DNA from: Planctomycetia bacterium
Lineage (GTDB): Bacteria > Planctomycetota > Planctomycetia > Pirellulales > PALSA-1355
Assembly: GCA_031400775.1 (NCBI GenBank)
Contig: JANNQN010000293.1
Coordinates: 1 to 54,788, forward strand
DNA length: 54,788 nucleotides
Reading direction: 5' to 3'
Positions 10,157 to 18,171 of the stretch are shown piece after piece. Under the pieces are notes generated by a model. It was not told the DNA's origin. It saw only the letters and a program-made list of their open reading frames with translations, and made no database searches. The first letter of the stretch is position 1. Each line of letters opens with the position of its first letter. The position numbers were made by a program, and so were the translations under genes.

Positions 10157-10684
10157 TCAGATGGTATTCGATTCGACTCGCGGGTCGCTCAGCAGCGGAG
10201 GGCAGCGGTCCCGCGTCGCCAAGCCGGCGTAGTCGCCGAAGCGGGGATATCGCTCCCAGTTGTAAGTCACGTCGACAAGGCGGGATTCTTCACCAACGCG
10301 CTTCGAACCGATTCCGTCCGGATTCGACTTAAATCGCTCAATCCTGAGCTGGCCATCGGTCTTGAAATAAAGGACGGTCGTTCCATGTGGCGGATCGACG
10401 TTGTTTGGAAAGTCCGGCCGATGCGACATCGAGATGAAAAGTTCGTTGTGACGTTTTTCTTGAAATGAATACGTCAGGTAGGTGCGCAGCGCGGAGTCTA
10501 AGAACTCGACACATACCGAACGGAAGGCAGTAATCTCTAGGAAGCAATCCGGCCGCAAACGATCGCCAACCAACACAGTATAGAGTTTCCCCTTTTCGTG
10601 AGCCGTTCGAGCTTGGGCTTCTGTAAGTGAATCGTGGGGCCGATGATTGTGACGCGACCATTGCGTGCAATAGCTAATGTCCAT
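10157..10684 (-). CDS. Putative orphan toxin-immunity protein
   Basis: ATG at 10684 (MDISYCTQW...). The pattern AHEKGKLYTVLV...FLD..LR.YLTYSFQE...NWERYPRFGDY recalls proteins found in toxin-immunity clusters. It sits downstream of the CdiI gene in the same orientation and is more AT-rich than its neighbours. Confidence 0.6.
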   Translation of the reverse strand: MDISYCTQWSRHNHRPHDSLTEAQARTAHEKGKLYTVLVGDRLRPDCFLEITAFRSVCVEFLDSALRTYLTYSFQEKRHNELFISMSHRPDFPNNVDPPHGTTVLYFKTDGQLRIERFKSNPDGIGSKRVGEESRLVDVTYNWERYPRFGDYAGLATRDRCPPLLSDPRVESNTI

Positions 10685-10734
10685 GATGCTGTTTCGGCCG
10701 AAAAAACGGTTGGTCCAGTCGAGTATTCTCAATA

Positions 10735-11196
10735 TTACTCAAAGTGCGGCACGCAAAGCCGAATTGCTGTCTGAATTGCTTCGCCTATCTCAGTGACCGG
10801 TGCGTCCGCGCGCACGCGCTCGGTGACACGGGGCATCGGAACAAATCCGTTCTTCGGGCCGGCATTCTCCCATGGTTCGATGGTCAGCCATTCGCTGTCG
10901 TCGTCGGCTTGAACGCTGACAGAGCAAGCTCGTCGCGCGAACGCAGTCCAAGTCTTTACTCCGGCCAATTCCAACATGGACTTAAATCCGCACTCCAGTT
11001 CGGTCACAGTTGGCCGAGGTATTGCTGATCTCGACCCATTCAATGCTTCTACGACGGCGCTGCCGAGGGCATCGCACGAAGCATCCACTCCGAGGCTTAT
11101 TTCCGGCGGCGTGGCCACTCCAAGTCCGTCGATTGTTTTAGAAGTGGCATGCAAAAACCAACCGTTGGCTCGCCGATATATCGTTGCTCGCTTCAT
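10735..11196 (-). CDS. CdiI-like immunity protein (DUF1436/CdiI_2-like)
   Basis: Overlaps the toxin stop (4-nt ATGA-type coupling); DAS...LGSAVVEALNGSR and IGEAI..A patterns resemble CdiI partners of EC869-type DNases. Confidence 0.7.
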   Translation of the reverse strand: MKRATIYRRANGWFLHATSKTIDGLGVATPPEISLGVDASCDALGSAVVEALNGSRSAIPRPTVTELECGFKSMLELAGVKTWTAFARRACSVSVQADDDSEWLTIEPWENAGPKNGFVPMPRVTERVRADAPVTEIGEAIQTAIRLCVPHFE

Positions 11197-12674
11197 CGCT
11201 TCACCTCGATAACAACCACAGTCACTCCTCTCGATTGGCCATAGGATTTTAGCATAGCCAGAGCGCCGCGGTGCTGACCTGATGCACCGGGCGGAATCGC
11301 CAACTCCAGCGCGCGGCCCATTATCTCTCGTTCGGTGATCTCCGCACCTCCAAACTTTGCGCCTTTAAATGCGGCCACACTGTCAATGTACTCCTTGCAA
11401 ACCTTGTAGAAAGTTCCGGGCTTACGGTAACTAGGGGCTCGCAAATCGATGCTCTTTATGCTGGTTACGATTCCACCTATAAATTTGTCAATCACCGGAA
11501 AGGACCTGGGAAGAGTTTGGCCAAGCCGGTCGTGAATTATTTCACCGCGAACAACCGGTCCCAAGTCCCAAACGCCGCGATCTGCAATAGTTTCGGGCGG
11601 CGCCGGATTTGTGACTGTCGCATCTTGCTGTGCGGCCGCCGGCTTGGCAGGGACGGGCTTTTCACTTTCTGCGCTCGCCGCGCGGTTCTTCCGGCGCAGT
11701 AAAATGAACCCAATCACCGTCGCGGCTAGGCGCGCGCCACGGATTGTCTGTTCGTCCGCGCCAGCGGCGCGCAGGCCGGCCTCGACACCTTGTTCGGCGG
11801 CGCCCGCCGCCGCGGCCACGGCCAGCGCTTTGACGACGGCCCATTTGCCCCCTGTCTTGAAAGTAGTGACTAGAATTCCGCCGCCAACGACTATGCCTGC
11901 ACCGGTAAGCGCGAGATTCGTCCACTCCAAGCCGCCCACGACCCGGTTCATCGTCTTGTCGCGCCCGTGGGATCGCGCGTTCATTTGCATCAGTTGCCGC
12001 ATTGCCCGTTGGTCTTGCTGCTCGTCAGTAATCCTCGGCAGTCCGAAATGGGAGGGCGACAACAGCTTGGCCATACGGGCGTCTGCCTCACCCGACAGAT
12101 CGTCTCGCAGCCACGCGTTGCGCGCACTTTCCAGTGCGTCGTGGTAACGCCAGATCAGTGCCTCGCAAAGCTCGACTTCCGCTTCGGCGTCGACGGTTTC
12201 ATCGAGCTTCGCTGCGTCGAGCCGGCCGCCAAACTCGTCCAGCAATTGCTTGATTTCGTCCAGCGACCCCTGGGCATCGGCCAGCTTCTGGTTGAAAAAC
12301 TCCTCGCGCCGATTGGTCTCAACCGGCTTCGGCGGCGTCCGCCGCGAAATAGGAGGCTGTTCGGTCGCAGCCGGCGCGGGCGGCACGGCACGCGTTTCTG
12401 CGACAGGCAACAACTCGCAATAGCGGGCCCAGGCCTCAATCCAATCTTCGAACTCGCGAACGCTTTGGGGCGAAATCCGATAGCCGGCCGCCTCCTGCTC
12501 GGCGATAATCGCGTGCCACTGCTCGCGCCAATCGGCCGGCAGGCGGGCTGAAAATAGCACCGCGAAGAAGTCGTTGACCGCGTCGACCAGCGGTTGCAGT
12601 GCCGCCTCGAGCCGACGAAAAATGTCCTCGACCAAGAGTCGGCGGTTGTATTCAATCTGTTTGGCGAAATCCAT
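11193..12674 (-). CDS. Polymorphic toxin 1: novel N-terminal domain, helical/hydrophobic middle, CdiA-CT EC869-like PD-(D/E)xK DNase
   Basis: ATG at 12674 (MDFAKQI...). The C-terminus LPRSFPVIDKF..GIVTSIKSIDL...YIDSVAAF...I..RALELAIP...YGQSRGVTV parallels CdiA-CT of E. coli EC869 orphan 11 and Yersinia YPIII. Followed directly by a CdiI-like gene. Confidence 0.85.
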   Translation of the reverse strand: MDFAKQIEYNRRLLVEDIFRRLEAALQPLVDAVNDFFAVLFSARLPADWREQWHAIIAEQEAAGYRISPQSVREFEDWIEAWARYCELLPVAETRAVPPAPAATEQPPISRRTPPKPVETNRREEFFNQKLADAQGSLDEIKQLLDEFGGRLDAAKLDETVDAEAEVELCEALIWRYHDALESARNAWLRDDLSGEADARMAKLLSPSHFGLPRITDEQQDQRAMRQLMQMNARSHGRDKTMNRVVGGLEWTNLALTGAGIVVGGGILVTTFKTGGKWAVVKALAVAAAAGAAEQGVEAGLRAAGADEQTIRGARLAATVIGFILLRRKNRAASAESEKPVPAKPAAAQQDATVTNPAPPETIADRGVWDLGPVVRGEIIHDRLGQTLPRSFPVIDKFIGGIVTSIKSIDLRAPSYRKPGTFYKVCKEYIDSVAAFKGAKFGGAEITEREIMGRALELAIPPGASGQHRGALAMLKSYGQSRGVTVVVIEVKR

Positions 12675-12690
12675 TGCGAGAAACCCTGGG

Positions 12691-12767
12691 GTAGGCTGGA
12701 GACCGGAGGCTGGAGGCTGGGGGTCGGAAACGAAAAGCAAACTCACATCCCTCCGGCCTCCCGCCTC
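12691..12767. repeat. Intergenic GGAGGCT-type heptamer array with partial inverted copy
   Basis: gtaggct ggagacc ggaggct ggaggct gggggtc (12691-12725) and ctccggcctcccgcctc (12751-12767). Confidence 0.7.
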
Positions 12768-12774
12768 GCTTCAC

Positions 12775-13767
12775 CTACCGCCCTCCATAAATGGCTCGCT
12801 CTTCGCAGGCGCGCAGCCAAAAGGCGTCGTCAACTTGTTGCTTGGCGACCTCTGCGGCGGTTTTGGCGTCGCGCCGACCGGCCTCGACCAGAGCCTCGTC
12901 GAGAATGCGACGCGTTTCTTCGTCCGGAACGGACGCCAAGAGAATCGGGCGGGCCAGGGGTGGACCGCCGTCGGAGGTCGGCGATTGCAGTCTCGTCGCC
13001 CGCGGACTCAAGTCGGAGTCCGACGGGCGTTCCGGGACATCCGAGTCGCCTCTGCTATTGCTAAGCAATTCGATCGAGGGCCGCCAAGAGTCGTTGTCGG
13101 TTCTCAGCGGCCCGCGCTCAATCACAATTGGGTCGGTCGGCCGTCCGATGAGATCATCGATCACGCCATGATGCGGGGAGTTGAGATTCGGCACCCGATC
13201 AAATGCGCCGATATCCTTTATTGATCCGAAGTGTGGCTCAACCGGCTCCATCGCCATGAAGCCGCCGACGTCCAACGAGTTCGCGGCGCTGGTCGACTCT
13301 CGGCGATCTGCCGTCGCATCGTCGTTTTGGGAGTCGAGGTCCGCAGGCAGGTCCTGCCAAGTCGCGAACATGTCGCGCGCTACGCTCGCGGCAGGCACGT
13401 CGGCGATTGGGGGCGAGCGTAACGAGGCAGCAATCTCTTCGATCGGGGGAGGCGACAACGCGGCGTCCGACGCGAAAGAGTCGGTACCTGCCGGCATGTT
13501 GTCGATAGTGCCGTCCGAAGAGCGTCGTTCCGCGCTCGCATCTGGGATGGCATCGGGCGTCGCTTGTGCGCCGACATCCAACGAGCCGAACAACTCCGCA
13601 GGATCGAGCGCGTCGCTCGTCGTATCGGCATCGGTAACCTGGTCATCAGTTACGGCCTCAGTCGGTGGCTCCGGCCGTTTTTTGCCTGCTGGCTGTTCGG
13701 CCGGTTGCCGAATTAGCTCGGGCTCAAGTGCCGATTCGTCGGCGGTGCGAGGTCGTTTCGGATCCAT
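12775..13767 (-). CDS. Acidic, probably disordered protein with a helical C-terminal domain; first gene of toxin operon 1
   Basis: ATG at 13767 with AGGAG SD; rich in D/E/P/S/A; ends with RPILLASVPDEETRRILDEAL...FWLRACEERAIYGGR. Confidence 0.75.
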   Translation of the reverse strand: MDPKRPRTADESALEPELIRQPAEQPAGKKRPEPPTEAVTDDQVTDADTTSDALDPAELFGSLDVGAQATPDAIPDASAERRSSDGTIDNMPAGTDSFASDAALSPPPIEEIAASLRSPPIADVPAASVARDMFATWQDLPADLDSQNDDATADRRESTSAANSLDVGGFMAMEPVEPHFGSIKDIGAFDRVPNLNSPHHGVIDDLIGRPTDPIVIERGPLRTDNDSWRPSIELLSNSRGDSDVPERPSDSDLSPRATRLQSPTSDGGPPLARPILLASVPDEETRRILDEALVEAGRRDAKTAAEVAKQQVDDAFWLRACEERAIYGGR

Positions 13768-13819
13768 GGCGGACTTGCTCCTGCGGTTTGATGGCAAACA
13801 ACGTTCGATGACATGCAAC

Positions 13820-13876
13820 AAAAAAAGGCCCGTCGCTCGAAAGCGCGTTCGAATGCGCTCTCAAGCGACGGGCCTT
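13820..13876 (-). terminator. Intrinsic terminator in the leader of toxin operon 1 (attenuator)
   Basis: Minus strand aaggcccgtcgcttgagagcgc-loop-gcgctttcgagcgacgggcc followed by a U7 run, ending 52 nt before the ATG at 13767. Confidence 0.85.
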
Positions 13877-14029
13877 CTGGATACCTGCCTGTTGTCGGCA
13901 AGCCCCATGCAGTACCCGCGGTACCAATGCTATTTCGTGACGATCCGCGATCGATTGATCGCAGATCACTCCACGAACGGAAGCCTACCAGATCACGCGA
14001 CGACTGTCAGCGGCCGGAATTAGGCCACT
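13820..14029 (-). promoter_or_regulatory. Conserved leader copy A (promoter plus structured 5' UTR)
   Basis: CTGACA (14010-14005), N17, TGg-TAGGCT (13987-13982); homologous to 16329..16529. Confidence 0.75.
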
Positions 14030-14129
14030 TTCGAGCGGACGAGCCGCCCGCCGCGGCCGTGCCGTTACCGCATGTTTTTCTTGCCGATGTTGATGTCCGA
14101 AAATGGCCAGACAGAGTCCGCCAAAGCGG

Positions 14130-14141
14130 TAGAATCTGGTT
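14130..14141 (+). promoter_or_regulatory. Possible -10 box of a leaderless ada-alkA transcript
   Basis: TAGAAT at 14130-14135 lies 6 nt before the ATG at 14142; no SD sequence. Confidence 0.45.
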
Positions 14142-15611
14142 ATGGATTCGCATCACCAAAGTTGTTACCGGGCCCTCGTCGCACGCGACGCGCGCTTTGA
14201 CGGTTTGTTCTTCGTGGGCGTGACCACGACGCGAATATATTGCCGCCCCATTTGTCCGGCGCGCACACCCGGCAGTAAGAACTGCCGCTTCTTCCCCGTC
14301 GCGGCGGCGGCCGAGCAGGCGGGTTTCCGTCCATGCCTGCGGTGTCGTCCGGAGCTGGCGCCCGGCAACTCATCCGTCGATGCGGTGGGTCGCGTGGCGC
14401 GGATGGCGGCGCTGCGGATCCAGGCGGGGGCGCTCAACAATGGCGGCGACGTGGAAGAGTTGGCCAGCGAATTCGGCTTGTGCTCGCGGCAGTTGCGACG
14501 AGTCATGCGGCAGGAGTTGGGTGTTTCGCCGGTGCAGCTCGCGCAGACGCACCGGCTGCTGTTGGCCAAGCAACTCTTGACCGAGACCCATTTGCCGATC
14601 GTCCAGGTGGCGCTGGCCAGCGGATTCGAGAGCGTGCGACGTTTCAACTCGCTGTTCAAGTCGCACTACCGGCTGGCGCCGCGTCGTTTTCGCCGCTCGT
14701 CGCGGCCGGCCATGGACGGCGAGCCCCTGCGACTTCATTTGGCCTTTCGTCCTCCCCTGGCCTGGCCTGAGTTGCTGCGTTTCCTGGCGGATCGCGCGGT
14801 GGTCGGCGTCGAGCGCGTCTCGGCTGTGGGATACTCGCGCACCGTGGCCATCGGTTCCGCACGGGGTTGGCTCAGCGTGACGCCCGGCAAGATCTCCAAC
14901 ACGCTTTGCGTCGAGCTCGCACCTTCGCTCAGCGGCGTGCTGGCGCCGCTGCTGGCGCGACTCCGGCACCTGTTCGATCTGGGGGCGCGGCCCGCTGCCA
15001 TCGCCGGGCACCTTTCCGCCGACCCCAGGATCGGAAAGTCCGTCAAACGTTTTCCGGGCCTGCGCGTGCCGGGAGCCTTCGACGGCTTTGATCTGGCCTG
15101 CCGGGCGATCCTCGGCCAGCGGATATCGGTCCGCGCGGCCACGACACTGGCCGGGCGACTGGCGGCCCGGTTCGGCGAGACCATCGAGACGCCCGATCCC
15201 GCCTTGACCCGACTGGCGCCCGATCCCGAGAGGGTCGCAACCGCGGCGGTCGATGACCTGGTGGATCTGGGCATCGCACGCGCGGTCGCGGTTGCGATCG
15301 GGGCGCTGGCCCGGGCGGTGTCCGATGGGCGGCTGCGAATCGAGCCGGGGGCGCAAGTTGAATCCACGATCGATCAGCTTTGCGAATTGCCGGGAGTCGG
15401 CCCCTGGACTGCACACTACATTGCCATGCGCGGCCTGGGCTGGCCCGATGCTTTTCCGGATGGTGATCTGGGGCTGCTTCGAGGGCTGGGCGAATCGTCG
15501 GCCGCCCGTGTGCGGAATGCGGCAGAGGCCTGGCGACCGTGGCGCGCTTATGCGGTGATGCATGTCTGGAACCAATTGGCGAATTCTTCAAGCACGAGGA
15601 ACCGATCATGA
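14142..15611 (+). CDS. alkA: Ada-AlkA fusion (Ada Zn-binding, AraC HTH, AlkA N-terminal, HhH DNA-3-methyladenine glycosylase)
   Basis: RDARFDG.FF.GV.TT.IYCRPICPAR...GFRPCLRCRPE; ASGFESVRRFN; LPGVGPWTA.Y; DAFPDGD; WRPWRAYA. Confidence 0.95.
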   Translation: MDSHHQSCYRALVARDARFDGLFFVGVTTTRIYCRPICPARTPGSKNCRFFPVAAAAEQAGFRPCLRCRPELAPGNSSVDAVGRVARMAALRIQAGALNNGGDVEELASEFGLCSRQLRRVMRQELGVSPVQLAQTHRLLLAKQLLTETHLPIVQVALASGFESVRRFNSLFKSHYRLAPRRFRRSSRPAMDGEPLRLHLAFRPPLAWPELLRFLADRAVVGVERVSAVGYSRTVAIGSARGWLSVTPGKISNTLCVELAPSLSGVLAPLLARLRHLFDLGARPAAIAGHLSADPRIGKSVKRFPGLRVPGAFDGFDLACRAILGQRISVRAATTLAGRLAARFGETIETPDPALTRLAPDPERVATAAVDDLVDLGIARAVAVAIGALARAVSDGRLRIEPGAQVESTIDQLCELPGVGPWTAHYIAMRGLGWPDAFPDGDLGLLRGLGESSAARVRNAAEAWRPWRAYAVMHVWNQLANSSSTRNRS

Positions 15612-16150
15612 ACCTTGCAGAAGTGAACTATACGGTGATTGAGAGTCCGATTGGCCGCCTGCTTGCAGTCGGTGATGACGCCGCGCTGTGCGGACTCTAC
15701 ATGGAGTCGCACAAGCGCGGTCCGGCGCCGAACGACCGCTGGCGGCGCGACGATGACTCGCTGCGATTCGCGGCCGAGCAAATCGAAGCTTACTTCGCGG
15801 GCCAGCTCGAGCAGTTCGACTTGCCCTGTGTGACCGCGGGCACGCCCTTCCAGCGCCGCGTATGGACGGCGCTTGGCGAAATTGGCTTCGGCGAAACGAT
15901 TACGTACGCACGATTGGCCCAGCGCGTGGGTGCGCCACGGGCGGCCCGCGCGGTCGGCGCCGCGGTGGGGCGCAATCCGATCTCGATTATCGTGCCCTGC
16001 CATCGTGCCGTGGGGTCGAACGGAAGCCTGACTGGTTTTGCTGGCGGCCTGCCGCGCAAGCGATGGCTGCTCGAACATGAACAAGCGGTGCTGGGAGAAC
16101 GGTCCGGCTGCACGGCGGGGCCAGGTCTGTGCCAGGCTGCTGGCAAGTGA
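15608..16150 (+). CDS. ogt: Methylated-DNA--protein-cysteine methyltransferase
   Basis: ATG at 15608 overlaps the alkA stop; GTPFQ..VW, ARAVG.A...NP, active site VPCHR. Confidence 0.95.
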   Translation: MNLAEVNYTVIESPIGRLLAVGDDAALCGLYMESHKRGPAPNDRWRRDDDSLRFAAEQIEAYFAGQLEQFDLPCVTAGTPFQRRVWTALGEIGFGETITYARLAQRVGAPRAARAVGAAVGRNPISIIVPCHRAVGSNGSLTGFAGGLPRKRWLLEHEQAVLGERSGCTAGPGLCQAAGK

Positions 16151-16328
16151 TTCGCGTCCTCTGCGTGCGGTGTCGATTTGACGGGCCAAAACGTGGCCGC
16201 CAGTGGGTCAGGTTCGTTTCGCCGCTGGCGGCGAATTCGCCCCGGGATTGGAGCCCGTCCGAGACTTGCTGGGTGGACGCACATGTTGGCCTAGCGCTTC
16301 CGAACACAAGTCGCTGGACTCTATAGCG

Positions 16329-16529
16329 AGTGGCCTAGTTTCAGGCGCAGAAATCGTCGCGCGTCTTTGATAGACTTCCGGCATTGAGTTGTGAACACAA
16401 GTTCATCGACTCATCCGTTAATTGCCTGTCTGCGGGTATTGTGCGGGGCCTGCCACTAGAGCGGGTATCCGAATGGGCCCGTCGCTCTTGAGCGCATTTT
16501 CAATGCGTCCGAGTGCGGCGGGCTTTTTT
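16329..16529 (+). promoter_or_regulatory. Conserved leader copy B (promoter plus structured 5' UTR)
   Basis: CAGAAA (16348-16353), N17, TGa-TAGACT (16371-16376); shares blocks AGTGGCCTA, TCGTCGCG, CTTCCG, GCGGGTAYTG, GGGGCYTGCC, GGTATCC, GCCCGTCGCT and GAGCGCATT with copy A. Confidence 0.75.
16477..16529 (+). terminator. Intrinsic terminator in the leader of toxin locus 2 (attenuator)
   Basis: gcccgtcgc...gcggcgggc stem (one G-U pair) with an inner gcgcatt/aatgcgt helix, then U6; ends 61 nt before the ATG at 16591. Confidence 0.8.
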
Positions 16530-16590
16530 ATTGGCCGTGCATGCAGCCGGCGAGTTGGCCGCGGTCCCGACTCTCACTTTGGATAGGACC

Positions 16591-18151
16591 ATGGACTTCT
16601 CCAAACAGATAGCGGAAGACCAGCGATTCCTGCTGGCGGATTTACACCGTCGCATCGAAGCGGCGCTCCAGCCGTTTGCGAATGACCTCGATGACTTCTT
16701 GGGAGTCCTCTTTCAAGCGCGCCTGCCCGCGGATTGGCGTCAACAGTGGCACAATTTTGTGGCCGAGGCAGCGACCAAGGGCTTTTTCGTTAAGGGGAAG
16801 AGCGTTGTTGAGTTGGAGGAATGGATCGAGGCTTGGGCCCGGTTTTGCGGATTGCTCCCGCTCGGTTCTGAATTCGGACAGCCGGAGAATCCATCGGGAA
16901 TTCGGACTCTTGTGGGATCGTCCGAGGACCGCGAAGCTTCGACATTACCTGGCACCTACCAATCGGCCGATCGCGGCGCGCCGATCCTGCTAGCGAGTGT
17001 CCGACCAGGCAAGCAGGGCACGACTCCGTCCAAACCGGCCCCACCAAAACCTGCCGCTCAAACTCCGCCAAAGCCACCTGCTCCAGCGCCACCCGAACCG
17101 CCCGGGCCAACAGCGAAGCTTAATGATGACGGTGTCGAGGTGGCCGGACCCGGTCCCGACACAACCATGTGGTATCGCGTCAAGGTTCGCAAGGCGCTCG
17201 AGATCTTGGATCCTCGCATTGCCCGCTGGTGGCACGCCAACAGCGTCAGCGGACTGGTTCGTTCGCGCGGCGGCCGCGTTTTGGCAGCATGCGCATTACA
17301 GCCGGATGGATGAGGGTAATCGGCCCGTCATCGTTGTTGACGAGGATTACACGGCCGGCCAAACGGCGCAAGCCATCATTGCGGAAGTCACGGGCGGTTG
17401 GTTCGCAGATTCGATTGGCGCGTTTTACAAGAAGTATCGCTTTTCGCAGACGGGCGACTTCGAGGATTTTCGCAAATGGCAGTTGGGCGCCGTCAAGGAA
17501 GCGGCGCAACTGGCCAGCCAGTTAGCCGAGCTGTACGTCAATGCCATCGCCACGCTCACGCCGGCCGGCGACCTGGTGGTCTTCACCACCGACGCGATGG
17601 AACGCGGCCTGAAGCTCGACCAGCTCGTAAACCTGCTGCCGCTGTTGGCTCATTTGCCGATTGGGGCAATTATCGTCAAGTTCGGCAAGCGGCAAGTAAA
17701 GCTCACGAAGCAACTGGCTCGCGACTTCGAAAAGCTGAGCGTCGAACAGCGCACAATCCTTTTGGAAAAAGCAGCGGCCGCCAAGACCGACGAAGAAGCC
17801 GTCGTTATAATCAAGCGCGGCATTGAGGCCGCCACAGAAACCGAACACCACATTGCTACCAACAAGAACTGGCTATCGACGCTACGCGGTGGACCTTGGA
17901 GTCCGAGGTTTCAGAAGTTCTTTAAGAAAGCCGGGCTCACACTTGAGGACGCTGCGAATAAGGTTCGCATTCCAGCGCATCGCGGGCCCCACCCCGAGGC
18001 GTATCATCAAGAGATATACGATCGACTTGAACTGGCAACGGGCAGCAAGAGTGGAGCAGCATACAGAAACGCGCTTTTGGACGAGCTCCGCAAAATCGGA
18101 CGTGAGGCTAGTACACAGGGAACGAAACTAAACCGCTTGCTTACTGAGTAA
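16591..18151 (+). pseudogene. Polymorphic toxin 2: novel N-terminal domain, Pro-rich linker, AHH (HNH/EndoVII-fold) nuclease; apparent +1 frameshift near 17269
   Basis: ATG at 16591 (MDFSKQI...) homologous to toxin 1. That frame ends at 17313, while the +1 frame continues ...AAAFWQH... to EHHIATNK...GPW...KAGL.L...N...HRGPHPEAYH. Could be a real pseudogene or a sequencing error. Confidence 0.8.
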
Positions 18152-18171
18152 GAATTCGCCAGGACCGCAAT

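Noticed and set aside
16329-16529. Cobalamin, c-di-GMP, ZTP riboswitch or phage C4 RNA identity for the leader
   Set aside because: Only short fragments resemble these; the core consensus elements are absent by eye. An Rfam scan is needed.
16997-17268. Independent start for a 384-aa AHH toxin ORF
   Set aside because: Its first ~90 residues are off-frame and Arg/Pro-rich; better explained by a frameshift from the 16591 ORF.
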